This document shows positions 8,537-17,738 of a stretch of 64,000 nt of DNA, piece after piece (positions within the stretch are counted from its first letter, which is position 1; each line of letters begins with the position of its first letter). The notes beneath the pieces are model-generated. The model searched no databases, was not told where the DNA came from, and worked only from the letters and a program-made list of their open reading frames with translations. Source of the DNA: Planctomycetota bacterium (GTDB taxonomy: Bacteria > Planctomycetota > UBA8108 > SXIK01). The position numbers were made by a program, and so were the translations under genes. The stretch covers positions 5,952,001 through 6,016,000 of the forward strand of contig CBDCXR010000004.1 in the NCBI GenBank assembly GCA_965223845.1, given 5' to 3'.

Positions 8537-10050
8537 TCGACGACATCCTCGCCCGGTGCGGACTCGCCGAGGCGCCAGCGGAACCCGGTCCGGCTGAATC
8601 GGTCGCGTGAATCGATCGAGCGGATCGCGTCGAGGAGACGCCCCATGAGGAACTTGTAGCGGCTCGAGCGACTGACGGCGATCGGCTGGATCGCCTTCGC
8701 TTCAGGGTGGTCGATGTCGACGATCGCCAGCTTCTCGGTCACACGCGACGTGTTCGCGCGGTAGACGATCGCGCCGTCGAGCGCACCGACGAGCATCTGA
8801 TCGACAAGGAGATCGGCCGTCGGCGTTTCCATGCGCACATTCGGATGGATGCGCTCGTAGAGGCCGGCTTCCCGGAGAAGCCGCACCGTGAGAGCGCCGA
8901 GGGCGCTCTGCTCCGGGTGGGCGAGCCCGAGCTTGAGATCCGGCCCGGCGAGAGCCGCGAGCGAGTTGAGACCACGCGGATTTCCTTTCGGCGCGAGGAT
9001 TACCATGTCGGTCTCGGCGATGTTCTCGGATGGTTCGAACAGATTCTCGACCTGCGCCATGAACGATACGTCGCACGAGAAGTACCCGTCCGGAAAGTTG
9101 TCCGTACCCGCGACCGCTTTCATGTCGGCGCTGAGGATGCCGCAGCCGTTGTACTTCGTCTTGATCTCGACTCCCTCGCGCGCCTTGAACTCTTCGATCG
9201 TTTGCTCGATCGCGAGCCGATTGACACCGCCCGAGTAGAAGACGAGCTCCGGCGTCGGGGTCCACGGGTCACCCTCGATCGTTTCGAAGCCGTGCTTAGT
9301 GAAGATCGGCGCGCCCTTCTCGGGCGCCTGGAGGTACCGAGCGAAACGGAGCGCGCTCGCCGAGTTCGGTGAGCTCACGAAAATACCGATCGTCACGTCG
9401 AGAGTCTCGCGGTCGAACATCGGAACGCGGACGGCCTCGACTTCGGGGTACTGATTCGCCGTCGCATCCCAGATGACTCCGGCGTCGACCGTGCCGATCT
9501 TTATGTCATTCGCGACGTCGTTCACGGTCGGCTTCGTCACCTTGATTCGAGCAGCGAGCCGTTCCCAGTCGCCGCTCGCCGTCAAGATGCGTTTTGTATG
9601 CTTGCCGACGGATGCGGCCTCGGGATTCGCGATCGCGACCACGACGTCCTCGCGCAGAAGATCGGCGACGCCCCGAATTCCCTTCGGATTGCCTTTCTTC
9701 ACGGCGATCACGGGACGCATGCGCGCGAGAGGAATCGCTTCCTTCACGATTCCGTGATCGCGGGCGAGCGCGATGTAGCTCGCGTCCGCGGCGAGATAGA
9801 GATCACCTTCGGGCTTCGCGCGAATGCGGCTGAGGAGAGCCCCCGAGCCGGCGAAATCGGTCCGGATCTCTACCGGGAATTCCTTTCGGTACTCCTCGAT
9901 CGCTTCCTCGACCGGGAGCGTCATGCCGGCTGCGCAGTAGAGAACGAGCGGCCGCGAGAGATCGACTGGATCGGGCTTCGGCCAAAAGAGAGCCGCGAGA
10001 AGAGCGACGACCACCGCGAGGGCGGCGAGAAAGAGGTGTTGGGCTTTCAT
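8533..10050 (-). CDS. modA: Molybdate ABC substrate-binding protein with two tandem ModA-like domains
   Basis: N-terminal anchor; domain 1 'LYCAAGM...FAGSGALL...DLYLAAD...VKKGNPKGI'; domain 2 'FYSGG...YNGCGIL...APKGNPRGL..LAHPEQSALG'; 505 aa, about twice a normal ModA. Confidence 0.88.
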   Translation of the reverse strand: MKAQHLFLAALAVVVALLAALFWPKPDPVDLSRPLVLYCAAGMTLPVEEAIEEYRKEFPVEIRTDFAGSGALLSRIRAKPEGDLYLAADASYIALARDHGIVKEAIPLARMRPVIAVKKGNPKGIRGVADLLREDVVVAIANPEAASVGKHTKRILTASGDWERLAARIKVTKPTVNDVANDIKIGTVDAGVIWDATANQYPEVEAVRVPMFDRETLDVTIGIFVSSPNSASALRFARYLQAPEKGAPIFTKHGFETIEGDPWTPTPELVFYSGGVNRLAIEQTIEEFKAREGVEIKTKYNGCGILSADMKAVAGTDNFPDGYFSCDVSFMAQVENLFEPSENIAETDMVILAPKGNPRGLNSLAALAGPDLKLGLAHPEQSALGALTVRLLREAGLYERIHPNVRMETPTADLLVDQMLVGALDGAIVYRANTSRVTEKLAIVDIDHPEAKAIQPIAVSRSSRYKFLMGRLLDAIRSIDSRDRFSRTGFRWRLGESAPGEDVVE

Positions 10051-10081
10051 CGTTTCGAAGACTGGAGGGATGGGGGTCGCG

Positions 10082-10774
10082 TCAAGCGCTCGAGTTCGCC
10101 GTCGAGCCGATGCGTCCGTCGACCATCTCGAGCGTGCGTCCGGCGAACGAGGCCGCGTGCGGATCGTGGGTGACGAGGAGTACGGCGCCGCCCTTCGCGG
10201 CGAACTGGCTCACGTGCTCGAGGACGATGTCCGCGTTCTCGCGGTCGAGGTTTCCGGTGGGCTCGTCGGCGAGGAGAAGCGCCGGTGATGCGAGGAGCGC
10301 TCTCGCGAGGGCCGTGCGCTGGCGCTCACCCGTGCTGAGCTTTGCGGGCACGTGTCGAGCCCGCTTCTCGAGGCCGAATCGAGCGAGGAGCTCGCGGGCG
10401 CGGTCTTTCGCCCCGGCGACGGGGTGGGCGAGCGTCGGCGCGAGCACGTTGTCGAGGACGGTCAGGTAAGGAATGAGGTGAAACTGCTGAAACACGAATC
10501 CGATCGTTTTCGCTCGGTGCGCGGCGCGCGCATCCGCGCTGAGAGCGTAGAGATCGACGCCCGCCACCTTCACCGTTCCGCTATCGACCGACTGGAGCCC
10601 GCCGGCGGCGAGAAGGAGCGTCGTCTTGCCGCATCCGCTCGCGCCCGTTACGGCGACGAACTCGCCGGCCTCTATGGCGACCGATACGTCGCGCAGGGCG
10701 TCGATGGCGCCGTCGGCACCTCGGAACGACTTCGAGATCTGATCGACGTCGAGAGCCATCGCTTCGTCGCTCAC
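10082..10774 (-). CDS. ABC transporter ATP-binding protein (LolD/MacB-like)
   Basis: GASGCGKT, 'IGFVFQQFHLIP', LSTGERQR, LLADEPTGNLD; GTG start overlaps the upstream stop (alternative ATG 10759). Confidence 0.9.
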   Translation of the reverse strand: MSDEAMALDVDQISKSFRGADGAIDALRDVSVAIEAGEFVAVTGASGCGKTTLLLAAGGLQSVDSGTVKVAGVDLYALSADARAAHRAKTIGFVFQQFHLIPYLTVLDNVLAPTLAHPVAGAKDRARELLARFGLEKRARHVPAKLSTGERQRTALARALLASPALLLADEPTGNLDRENADIVLEHVSQFAAKGGAVLLVTHDPHAASFAGRTLEMVDGRIGSTANSSA

Positions 10775-11985
10775 GCGTCGACGCCGCGCCCGCGGAAGAA
10801 CATCGCGCCCGCTACGATGAGGACGGCGACGAAGGCCGCCGCGTAGAGAGCCCAACGAACGAACGAATCAGCGACTTGCGTCACTGAGATCACCTTCGTT
10901 TCGGTTTGCTGGGCCGCAGACGGTGCGGAAGTCGTCTGCTCCTCGCTCGTCGCCGTCGCGACGGTCGACGCGGATCCTTCGACGCGCGGCGGCGCGGACT
11001 CGGGAGGCTCCTCGATGATGATTCTCTCGAGCGGGGTCCCCTTGATGCTCGGATCCGAGGCGAGACTCGCCCGGGCGAGGAGAGTCTTCCAGTCGACGCC
11101 CGTGAGGAGGTCGACCCCGGGGTTTTCTTCCTTCACTTGGCACGAGCACGGTCCTGTTACGAACGCCGCAGCATCGTCGATCGTGTCGCTGTTGATGCCC
11201 GCGCCGATGAGGCCGGGAAGCACGCGACCGCGACCGAAGACGGCGAACGCCATCGGTTCCTCGAACTCGAGGAGATCGTCTTCGCTGTGAAGAAGCGTCC
11301 GAACGAGAATCGCTTCCGCCGGATCCTTCCGCGACACGCGGAGTGTCGAGAACGCGAGGCGGAGCGGCGCGTCGACCGCGAGTCCCTCTTCACGCAAATC
11401 GTCGTCCTCGGCGAGCTGCTCGGGAAGCTTGAGGGTCAGCGTGAGGTGCTTGAGACGATCCTCGAGGCGCGCGTGAGCCGCGTCGTCCTTCTCCGTGTTC
11501 CCGCTTTCGAGCAACACCCACACCGCCGACTCGCCCGCCGCGAGTCGCTCGGCGATCGTCTGCCGCGCCGGCGAATCAAACCAGCCTGCCTCGGCGAGCT
11601 CGCCCGGCTTTGCGACGGCGAGCGTCTCGTCGGTGCGGAACCGAGGCGGAAACCGCAGGACGACCACCGGAGTTTCACCGGCACCGTGTTTCTCGTAGAC
11701 GGAAACCACCTCCGCGACGTCGCCTTCGCTCGTGAGGTCGACGCGGCGGACGGCGACGTTCGCGGCGCCCTCACCCGCATCCGAGAGCGCCCGAGCCTCG
11801 AGTGCCGCGACGGCAGCCTCGTCTTCCGCGGAAAGCGCACCGCGGTGAAACACGATCGCCTCGTACGGATCCGGCTCCCAGAACTGGAGGGAGTACCGAA
11901 ACACCGGAATCGAGCACGCGAGCGTGGGAATCGCTGCGAAGACGACGAGGGGTGCGGCTAGGGCTCGGAGGGCGAGTTTCAGCAT
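10771..11985 (-). CDS. Exported hypothetical protein with C-terminal membrane anchor
   Basis: Signal peptide, 'CSIPVFRYSLQFW', 'FVTGPCSCQVKEENPGVDLL' Cys motifs, C-terminal TM helix. Confidence 0.75.
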   Translation of the reverse strand: MLKLALRALAAPLVVFAAIPTLACSIPVFRYSLQFWEPDPYEAIVFHRGALSAEDEAAVAALEARALSDAGEGAANVAVRRVDLTSEGDVAEVVSVYEKHGAGETPVVVLRFPPRFRTDETLAVAKPGELAEAGWFDSPARQTIAERLAAGESAVWVLLESGNTEKDDAAHARLEDRLKHLTLTLKLPEQLAEDDDLREEGLAVDAPLRLAFSTLRVSRKDPAEAILVRTLLHSEDDLLEFEEPMAFAVFGRGRVLPGLIGAGINSDTIDDAAAFVTGPCSCQVKEENPGVDLLTGVDWKTLLARASLASDPSIKGTPLERIIIEEPPESAPPRVEGSASTVATATSEEQTTSAPSAAQQTETKVISVTQVADSFVRWALYAAAFVAVLIVAGAMFFRGRGVDA

Positions 11986-12120
11986 GACGGGATGATGACC
12001 GGAGATGCGCGGAATCGCGACTCGAGATCGGAGCCAATCGCGTCATGTTCGCCGATGGTGTGGGCGGGGACAAGGGCGGGCTCTGCCCCTGTACCCGTTT
12101 CCGCCTCTTCTCCTCGCACA

Positions 12121-12333
12121 CGTTCCCGCTCCCGCTCCCGTTCCCGTTCCGGACGGGCCCGTGTGCCGTGCACTGTTGGAGCACGGTAGCGTCCTGGCGC
12201 ACGGGAAGCCTATACACTACGCGTCCTTCTCGCTTTGCTCAGGCATGACGGGCGAGCGGAGCGGCGCCGAAGTGATCGTTGCTCGCGTTAGCGTCTGTTC
12301 GGGAACGGGAACGGGAACGGGAGCGGGCGGAGG
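12121..12333. repeat. Inverted hexamer arrays (GTTCCC/GCTCCC)n ... (GGGAAC/GGGAGC)n with internal hairpins
   Basis: cgttcccgctcccgctcccgttcccgttcc at 12121-12150 and gggaacgggaacgggaacgggagcggg at 12301-12327; nested stem cccgtgtgcc...ggcgcacggg at ~12158-12205. Confidence 0.7.
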
Positions 12334-12337
12334 GAAT

Positions 12338-12391
12338 GTCGCCCGCCTGAGCCCGGCGGACCAGTTCTTCTGTAGAACTGTTCTGAGTCAT
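12338..12391 (-). pseudogene. Possible 5' remnant of an ECF (sigma-70 family) sigma factor gene
   Basis: Encodes MTQNSSTEELVRRAQAGD, like the ECF N-terminus 'xEELVRRAQAGD', then runs into the hexamer array. Confidence 0.4.
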
Positions 12392-12570
12392 AGCGTCGAC
12401 CGTCATCATCGAGGCTATTCCACCCGGGACTGAAAGGTTGCGGGTGAATTCTGACTCGAGCCGCGCTGAGGGGAGACTCCGCGCGGATGTCCGTCGCACA
12501 GGCTCCCCCTCTCGACGGCCCGGGCCGCGCAATATAGAGATCTCGCCGCAACTCACCGAGATCCTCGCGC

Positions 12571-15500
12571 CTACTCGCGGCAATCGAGCTCGTCGGCGGT
12601 CTCGTCGACGCCCGGATCGGGGTACGGCGCCGGCGGGGCGGGACCCGTGCCGAAAAGATGCAGGAGCGCGAAGATTGCGTCGGTGATGAGTATCCGGCCG
12701 TCGTCATCGCTATCGAGTGCGTCGAAGCACACGGGTCGAGCGGTCCCGGCGAACAGAAAGTTAAGAGTAAAGATCGAATCCGTGATGTTCAGGCTTCCGC
12801 TTCGATCCGCATCGCCGCGAATGAACTCGACGGTAGGACGTCCACTGCCGAAGAGAACGTGGACGCTGCCGTCCGCGGAGGCGACGAGCACATCGCCGAA
12901 GCCGTCCGCATCCCAGTCGAAACCGCCTTCGGCGAGAAACGCTCTTACGAAGACGGGGACCGCTCGCCCCTTCGGGTCGCGAAGATCGACGTGAGCGGTC
13001 GCGGGATCGTAGAAATCTTCTCTCCCGAGAACGATGTAGCCGTGCTCACCCCGGCCAGCGATGAAAAGGTCATGGAAGCCGTCGCCGTCGAAATCGCCGG
13101 CCGGACACATCACGGCGCCGACGCGTTCGAGCATGTGGGGACTTTCGACCTCGACGACCCCGGACGCGCGTGGATAAGGGGCAAAATCTGGTCCACCGAG
13201 ATCTCGGTACCTGGACTCCATGAACGGAAATCTCTCCGCATCGAAAGCGTTTTCGAGGACGGCCTCGTGATCGAATACGAAGACGCGCCCCGAGCGTGGA
13301 AAGCGCGTGCACGCGGTGATGTCGTCCTGATAGAACGCGAGATCGACGTCTCCGTCGCCGTCGATGTCCCCGGCGGACGACGCCCAGAAATCAGAGCCGG
13401 ATAAGAGCGAGCTCCCGGAGATCAGCAAGCCGAAACGGCCGTGAAGAAACGTGCTGTCGACGCGGACTTCCTGTGGCTGGTCGATGAACTCGCCGAGCGA
13501 AATGGTCATCGCGGCACCGGCCACGGCCTCTCCTCGTCCGCCGGTGAGTATCTCGAGAGATCCGTCGCCGTCGAAATCTCCCGCCGGGAGTACGAAGTCG
13601 GAGGGTGGAAGGCTCGCCTTACCAGCCCGAGACCGAATCCGGCTCCCTAGCTCGAGCTCGACCACGGACTCGATGCGGATTTCGGGTGGATACGCTTCGC
13701 GTCCCGCGACCAGGAAGAGCGATGTTCCACCGTCGAGTCGAGCGCTCACGACGATTTCGTCCCGGTCGTCCCCGTCGACATCCGCGATGATCGAGAATCC
13801 ATTGTCGAGCCACGATCGCGATGCCTCGGAGAAGATTCGCACCGAACCTTCGTCACCGGCGAGATTCGGTCCAGATTCGAACTCTTTCCGGCCGAACACG
13901 ATGCGCCATTCCCGCGTTTCTCCCTCGGCGCCGATGATGAAATCGTCGTAGCCGTCCCCGTTGACGTCGCCACCCGAACGCACGGATCCAAAGTCGAGGC
14001 CCCGGTAGTAGTGCCAGTCCTCGTCGGGAGTGAGGACGACGGCGGCGGGACTCTCGAGAGATGCGAGCGGCGTGTCGACTCCGCGAGCACCCGGGCCGAA
14101 GATGAGATGGAGCGCGAAATTCGAGTCGCTCTCGTCCGGATTGTTCCCCGGCGTCCACACCCCCGCCGCGAGATCGACGTGCCCGTCGCCATTGAAATCA
14201 CCATGCGCGATGCCGAGGCTGCGCGTTTCGAATTCCGGTGCCGCGAAGAACGAGCGCGTCTGCGGGTCGCCGCTTCCCACCGAGAGGCTGCGATCGGTCG
14301 GAGCGAGGTACAGGTACGTCGTGCCGCCCTCTGATTCTCCCGCGGCCGTCCGGACCGTCACCGCCGCTCCGATCGGAGACGCTGCGGGCGGTGCCTCGAC
14401 GACCATGATCCCTTCGCCGAGTGCCGTCACGAGGCCCGCTTCGCGATTCCCGATCTCGACGATCGCGGTCTCATCGAATCCGCGACCAACGACGATCAAT
14501 GGCTCGCCACCGAGGGAGGATCCTCCCCGGGGGAGTACGGTGCTGACGTGCGGTGCTTCGGGCGGTGCGACTAGCGCGTTACCTGGAATGATGACGGCGC
14601 GGTAGTCAGCGTCGAACGGCGTCGTGTCGCCGTCGCAGTCGACTTCGCGCGAGAGCACCACCAGATCTTGCCCGAGTTCGCGATCGAGCGAGGCCGCGTG
14701 AACCGCGAGCCCGAAATGCGCTTGTGCCTCGAACCCGTCGATCTGGATACCGAGGCCGCGCGTCGCGATCTCGTTGAGCGAAAAACTCGAGCCAAGGTTT
14801 CGCTCGGAGCTGCCGCGAAGAAGAAACGCGGCTCCGCCGGACGCGATCGCCGCCGGCGTCGTGAGACGTACGTGACGCCTCGGCGCACCGAAGACGAGAT
14901 CGTCGAATCCGTCGCCGTCGACATCGCGACCGCTTCCGAAGTAGAGCTTCGGGGTCGCTCCCGCAAGTGTGTCGTCGCCGGGACGAAATCGCGCCTCTCG
15001 CATGCGGAAGCCGAGGTCGGACGATCTGAACTCCTCGAACTCCAAGCTTGTCGGAAAGTCCGATCGTGGCCGTCCGAAGACGATGTGACACCAACCGGAA
15101 TCCCCGAGAGGTAGACCGAAGAGGACGAAATCGCCGAACCCATCGCCATCGAGATCGCCCGCGCGCGCGACGTCCTCGTAACCCGAAAAGCGCATGGCGC
15201 CCTCGGGTAGATCGGTTTCGTCCTCGTCGTTGTAGCGGTCGAACTCCAGGAGTTCGGCGAACTCCGTGCGACCCAGAACAACGAACACCCGATTGCGCCG
15301 ATTCTGACCGCGGATGGCGCTCAGGGTGACGATTCCGAGATCGCCGAGATCGTCGCCGTCGACATCGCCGAGGGGGACCACGCTTCGAATCGACGCCGGT
15401 TCGGTCTGTTCGATCGCGTGCGCGATGACCACGCCGGGAACTTCGAGTCCGATCTGTTGGAGCTCGATGAGCGGCGGAAGATCCGGCGAACCGAAGAGGA

Positions 15501-16776
15501 TGAAGCATCGCTTCCGAAAGAGGTCGCCTTCGCACAGGCAAACCTCCCCGCGACCATCGCCGTTCATGTCTGGGATCAAGGAGATCTGCTGAGAAAACGG
15601 CGGCGACAGCAAGCCGCTGTCGTCGACGATGACCGAGCCGCGAACCTCCTCGCCGATCATCGCGGGCTCGATCTCCGGAGGAAGGGGATCGTCCGGTCCA
15701 CCCGCGAGCACGAGGAGCACGGCGGCGCCTCCGAAGTCCGGTTCGAGACCGGTTCCGACGAGGAAGTCGGGCTGGAGATCGCCGTCGACGTCCACCCCGC
15801 CGGCCGAGTACACGGGTGAGGACGTCGCGCGTAGCGGGGGCGGAGGCACTGGAACGGAGCTCGTCCGAAGGCTGGCGAGACGATCTCGTCCGAACGGGTC
15901 GAGTGTTCCGCGAACGGACCGTCCACCGCGAAGCACGATGACGAGATCCTCGCGTCCGAGAGCGAGGTCGCGCGGTTGGTAGCGAACGAGAAGCTCTTCG
16001 AAGCCGTCCCCGTCGATGTCACCCGCGGGTGCGACCGCGGCGATGCGGAGCGAATCGGTTCCCTCGATCGTCGAAATCAGGTCGGAGAAACTCTCGCGGC
16101 TGAATCGCTCGGGCGGAGGTGGGCGCGGCGCCGGCGGAAGCGGCGGTCCGCGAACCTCGATCCCGCCGGCGACGGATTCGGTCGGGAGCGCCCCGATCTC
16201 CGGCACGTGAACTCGATTGCTGAGCGGAACGCTCAGTCCGGTCTTGGGGTCGCGCCATCCAGCTCCGTCGACGAGGGAAACTTGCGCCGTTCCATCGCTC
16301 GCGTCGGACCTCACTTGGAAAGACAGCTCGAGAACCTCGGTTTCGACACCGATGGGGAGAGTGACCGGCGCGAGCTCATCGGTGAAGAGCGCGCGCACAA
16401 CCATGCTCCCTTCGGTCACGCCGGACTCGTCCGGTTCGTCATCGCGGTTGTCGGTACGTTCGACGGCCAGGAACCAACCTTCTTCCGCGCGAAATCTCGG
16501 TGCGAATCCGAGCCCGATGAGTCGAGTCTCATCGAAGTCGATCGAGAGGTCGAACCCCGCGACCGGCTCGCCGGGCTCGATCGTCAGTAGGAGCGACACC
16601 ACTTCCCGCGGCGCTGCCGCGGTCGTGTCGATCCGAATCAACGCGGCTGGATCCTGACCGGAGAGGGGGGCGGGAAGGAGCGCACCGAGGAACGGGGTGA
16701 CGGCGACGAGGGCCAAGCGCGAGACCGCATCGAGGACACGAGGGCTTCGGGATCTGCGGTTCTGAAGAACGATCAT
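12571..16776 (-). CDS. Large secreted protein: cohesin-like domain, two integrin-alpha (FG-GAP) propellers, IPT/TIG and C-terminal dockerin
   Basis: About 14 'GD.DGDG..D' FG-GAP repeats in two groups of 7 separated by IPT/TIG ('PHVSTVLPRGGSSLGG'); 'FIRGDADRSGSLNITDSIFTLNFLF...DSDDDGRILITD' dockerin; start chosen at ATG 16776. Confidence 0.85.
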   Translation of the reverse strand: MIVLQNRRSRSPRVLDAVSRLALVAVTPFLGALLPAPLSGQDPAALIRIDTTAAAPREVVSLLLTIEPGEPVAGFDLSIDFDETRLIGLGFAPRFRAEEGWFLAVERTDNRDDEPDESGVTEGSMVVRALFTDELAPVTLPIGVETEVLELSFQVRSDASDGTAQVSLVDGAGWRDPKTGLSVPLSNRVHVPEIGALPTESVAGGIEVRGPPLPPAPRPPPPERFSRESFSDLISTIEGTDSLRIAAVAPAGDIDGDGFEELLVRYQPRDLALGREDLVIVLRGGRSVRGTLDPFGRDRLASLRTSSVPVPPPPLRATSSPVYSAGGVDVDGDLQPDFLVGTGLEPDFGGAAVLLVLAGGPDDPLPPEIEPAMIGEEVRGSVIVDDSGLLSPPFSQQISLIPDMNGDGRGEVCLCEGDLFRKRCFILFGSPDLPPLIELQQIGLEVPGVVIAHAIEQTEPASIRSVVPLGDVDGDDLGDLGIVTLSAIRGQNRRNRVFVVLGRTEFAELLEFDRYNDEDETDLPEGAMRFSGYEDVARAGDLDGDGFGDFVLFGLPLGDSGWCHIVFGRPRSDFPTSLEFEEFRSSDLGFRMREARFRPGDDTLAGATPKLYFGSGRDVDGDGFDDLVFGAPRRHVRLTTPAAIASGGAAFLLRGSSERNLGSSFSLNEIATRGLGIQIDGFEAQAHFGLAVHAASLDRELGQDLVVLSREVDCDGDTTPFDADYRAVIIPGNALVAPPEAPHVSTVLPRGGSSLGGEPLIVVGRGFDETAIVEIGNREAGLVTALGEGIMVVEAPPAASPIGAAVTVRTAAGESEGGTTYLYLAPTDRSLSVGSGDPQTRSFFAAPEFETRSLGIAHGDFNGDGHVDLAAGVWTPGNNPDESDSNFALHLIFGPGARGVDTPLASLESPAAVVLTPDEDWHYYRGLDFGSVRSGGDVNGDGYDDFIIGAEGETREWRIVFGRKEFESGPNLAGDEGSVRIFSEASRSWLDNGFSIIADVDGDDRDEIVVSARLDGGTSLFLVAGREAYPPEIRIESVVELELGSRIRSRAGKASLPPSDFVLPAGDFDGDGSLEILTGGRGEAVAGAAMTISLGEFIDQPQEVRVDSTFLHGRFGLLISGSSLLSGSDFWASSAGDIDGDGDVDLAFYQDDITACTRFPRSGRVFVFDHEAVLENAFDAERFPFMESRYRDLGGPDFAPYPRASGVVEVESPHMLERVGAVMCPAGDFDGDGFHDLFIAGRGEHGYIVLGREDFYDPATAHVDLRDPKGRAVPVFVRAFLAEGGFDWDADGFGDVLVASADGSVHVLFGSGRPTVEFIRGDADRSGSLNITDSIFTLNFLFAGTARPVCFDALDSDDDGRILITDAIFALLHLFGTGPAPPAPYPDPGVDETADELDCRE

Positions 16777-17018
16777 TTGCGAGTGGAGAACAAGAGGCGA
16801 GGGCCGAAGGAGCGTGAAGCGAGACCGCAAATCCTCTTCGATGGTGATCGTTTCGGAACGCCGTCCCGCCGATGATGAGGTGCGCGGCGAAATGCGTTCC
16901 TGCGTTCCACCGTAGCGCGTGGACCGAGGCCGCGCATCATCGGAGTTCGCCGCAGAGGCGATGCGTTCTGACGGAGTCCGCCCGATCCGGCAAAGCGGTT
17001 CGGCTCTCCGGGCGCGAC

Positions 17019-17738
17019 TCAATCGTTCGCGGGCAACCGGAGCACGCTCGTCTGTCGTCTTCCCGTCGAGCCGCGCGAACCGCCCGGAGCCGCCAGCCCC
17101 GGCGCCTTCTTCGCAACTCCTCGAACAACGATGACCGAATCCGCCTCCGCGAGGTCAGGGAGGTCGCGCGGGATGGCGAACCGATCGAGAACGTCCCGCG
17201 GCGTCATCACGGAGAGCTCGAGCGAAGGAAGACTCTCGACCTCGATGTCCGTCGCGTTCGCCGAGTCGAGAGCCGCGTGGAGAGTGCGAAGGCGCGCGGC
17301 CGAACGACCCGCCGGGACGCCGAATCCGCCGAGACGCTTCGTCATGTCGGGGAGGTAGGTCGCAACGCGAAGCACGCCGTCGCCGGAAACGAATACGAAT
17401 CCGAACCCACCGGAATCGAGATCCAGGTGATCGACGAGATTCGTGCCGCTCAGGCGCTTCGCGAGGGACACGATCTCTTCGACGAGAGTTTCCTTCGCCG
17501 CGGGAGTTTCGAGAAACCATCGGACGGCGCGGCGTTCGGCCGCCCGGAGCGCGCTCGTGTCCTCGATCACCTCGAGCAGATGCTTCGGCTCGCGCACGAG
17601 GCGTTCGCGAAATCGATACTCGACGAGTCCTTCCCGTAGACCGAGCGTCGCCGCGATCCCGATCGCGGATGCGCCCGCGAGCCACGTGAGGATGCGCCGC
17701 ATCCGCCGGCGGGGGCGAGAGTGCGACTCCGTGTTCAC
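17019..17738 (-). CDS. Hypothetical membrane-anchored protein
   Basis: Basic N-terminus plus TM helix; GTG start overlaps the stop of the upstream esterase. Confidence 0.55.
   Translation of the reverse strand: MNTESHSRPRRRMRRILTWLAGASAIGIAATLGLREGLVEYRFRERLVREPKHLLEVIEDTSALRAAERRAVRWFLETPAAKETLVEEIVSLAKRLSGTNLVDHLDLDSGGFGFVFVSGDGVLRVATYLPDMTKRLGGFGVPAGRSAARLRTLHAALDSANATDIEVESLPSLELSVMTPRDVLDRFAIPRDLPDLAEADSVIVVRGVAKKAPGLAAPGGSRGSTGRRQTSVLRLPAND

Noticed and set aside
12121-12333. CRISPR array suggested by GGGAAC repeats
   Set aside because: These are tandem hexamers with no unique spacers, and no cas genes are present.
11986-12570. Moco or cobalamin riboswitch upstream of the mod operon
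   Set aside because: Consensus elements could not be recognised by eye on the minus strand; an Rfam search is needed.
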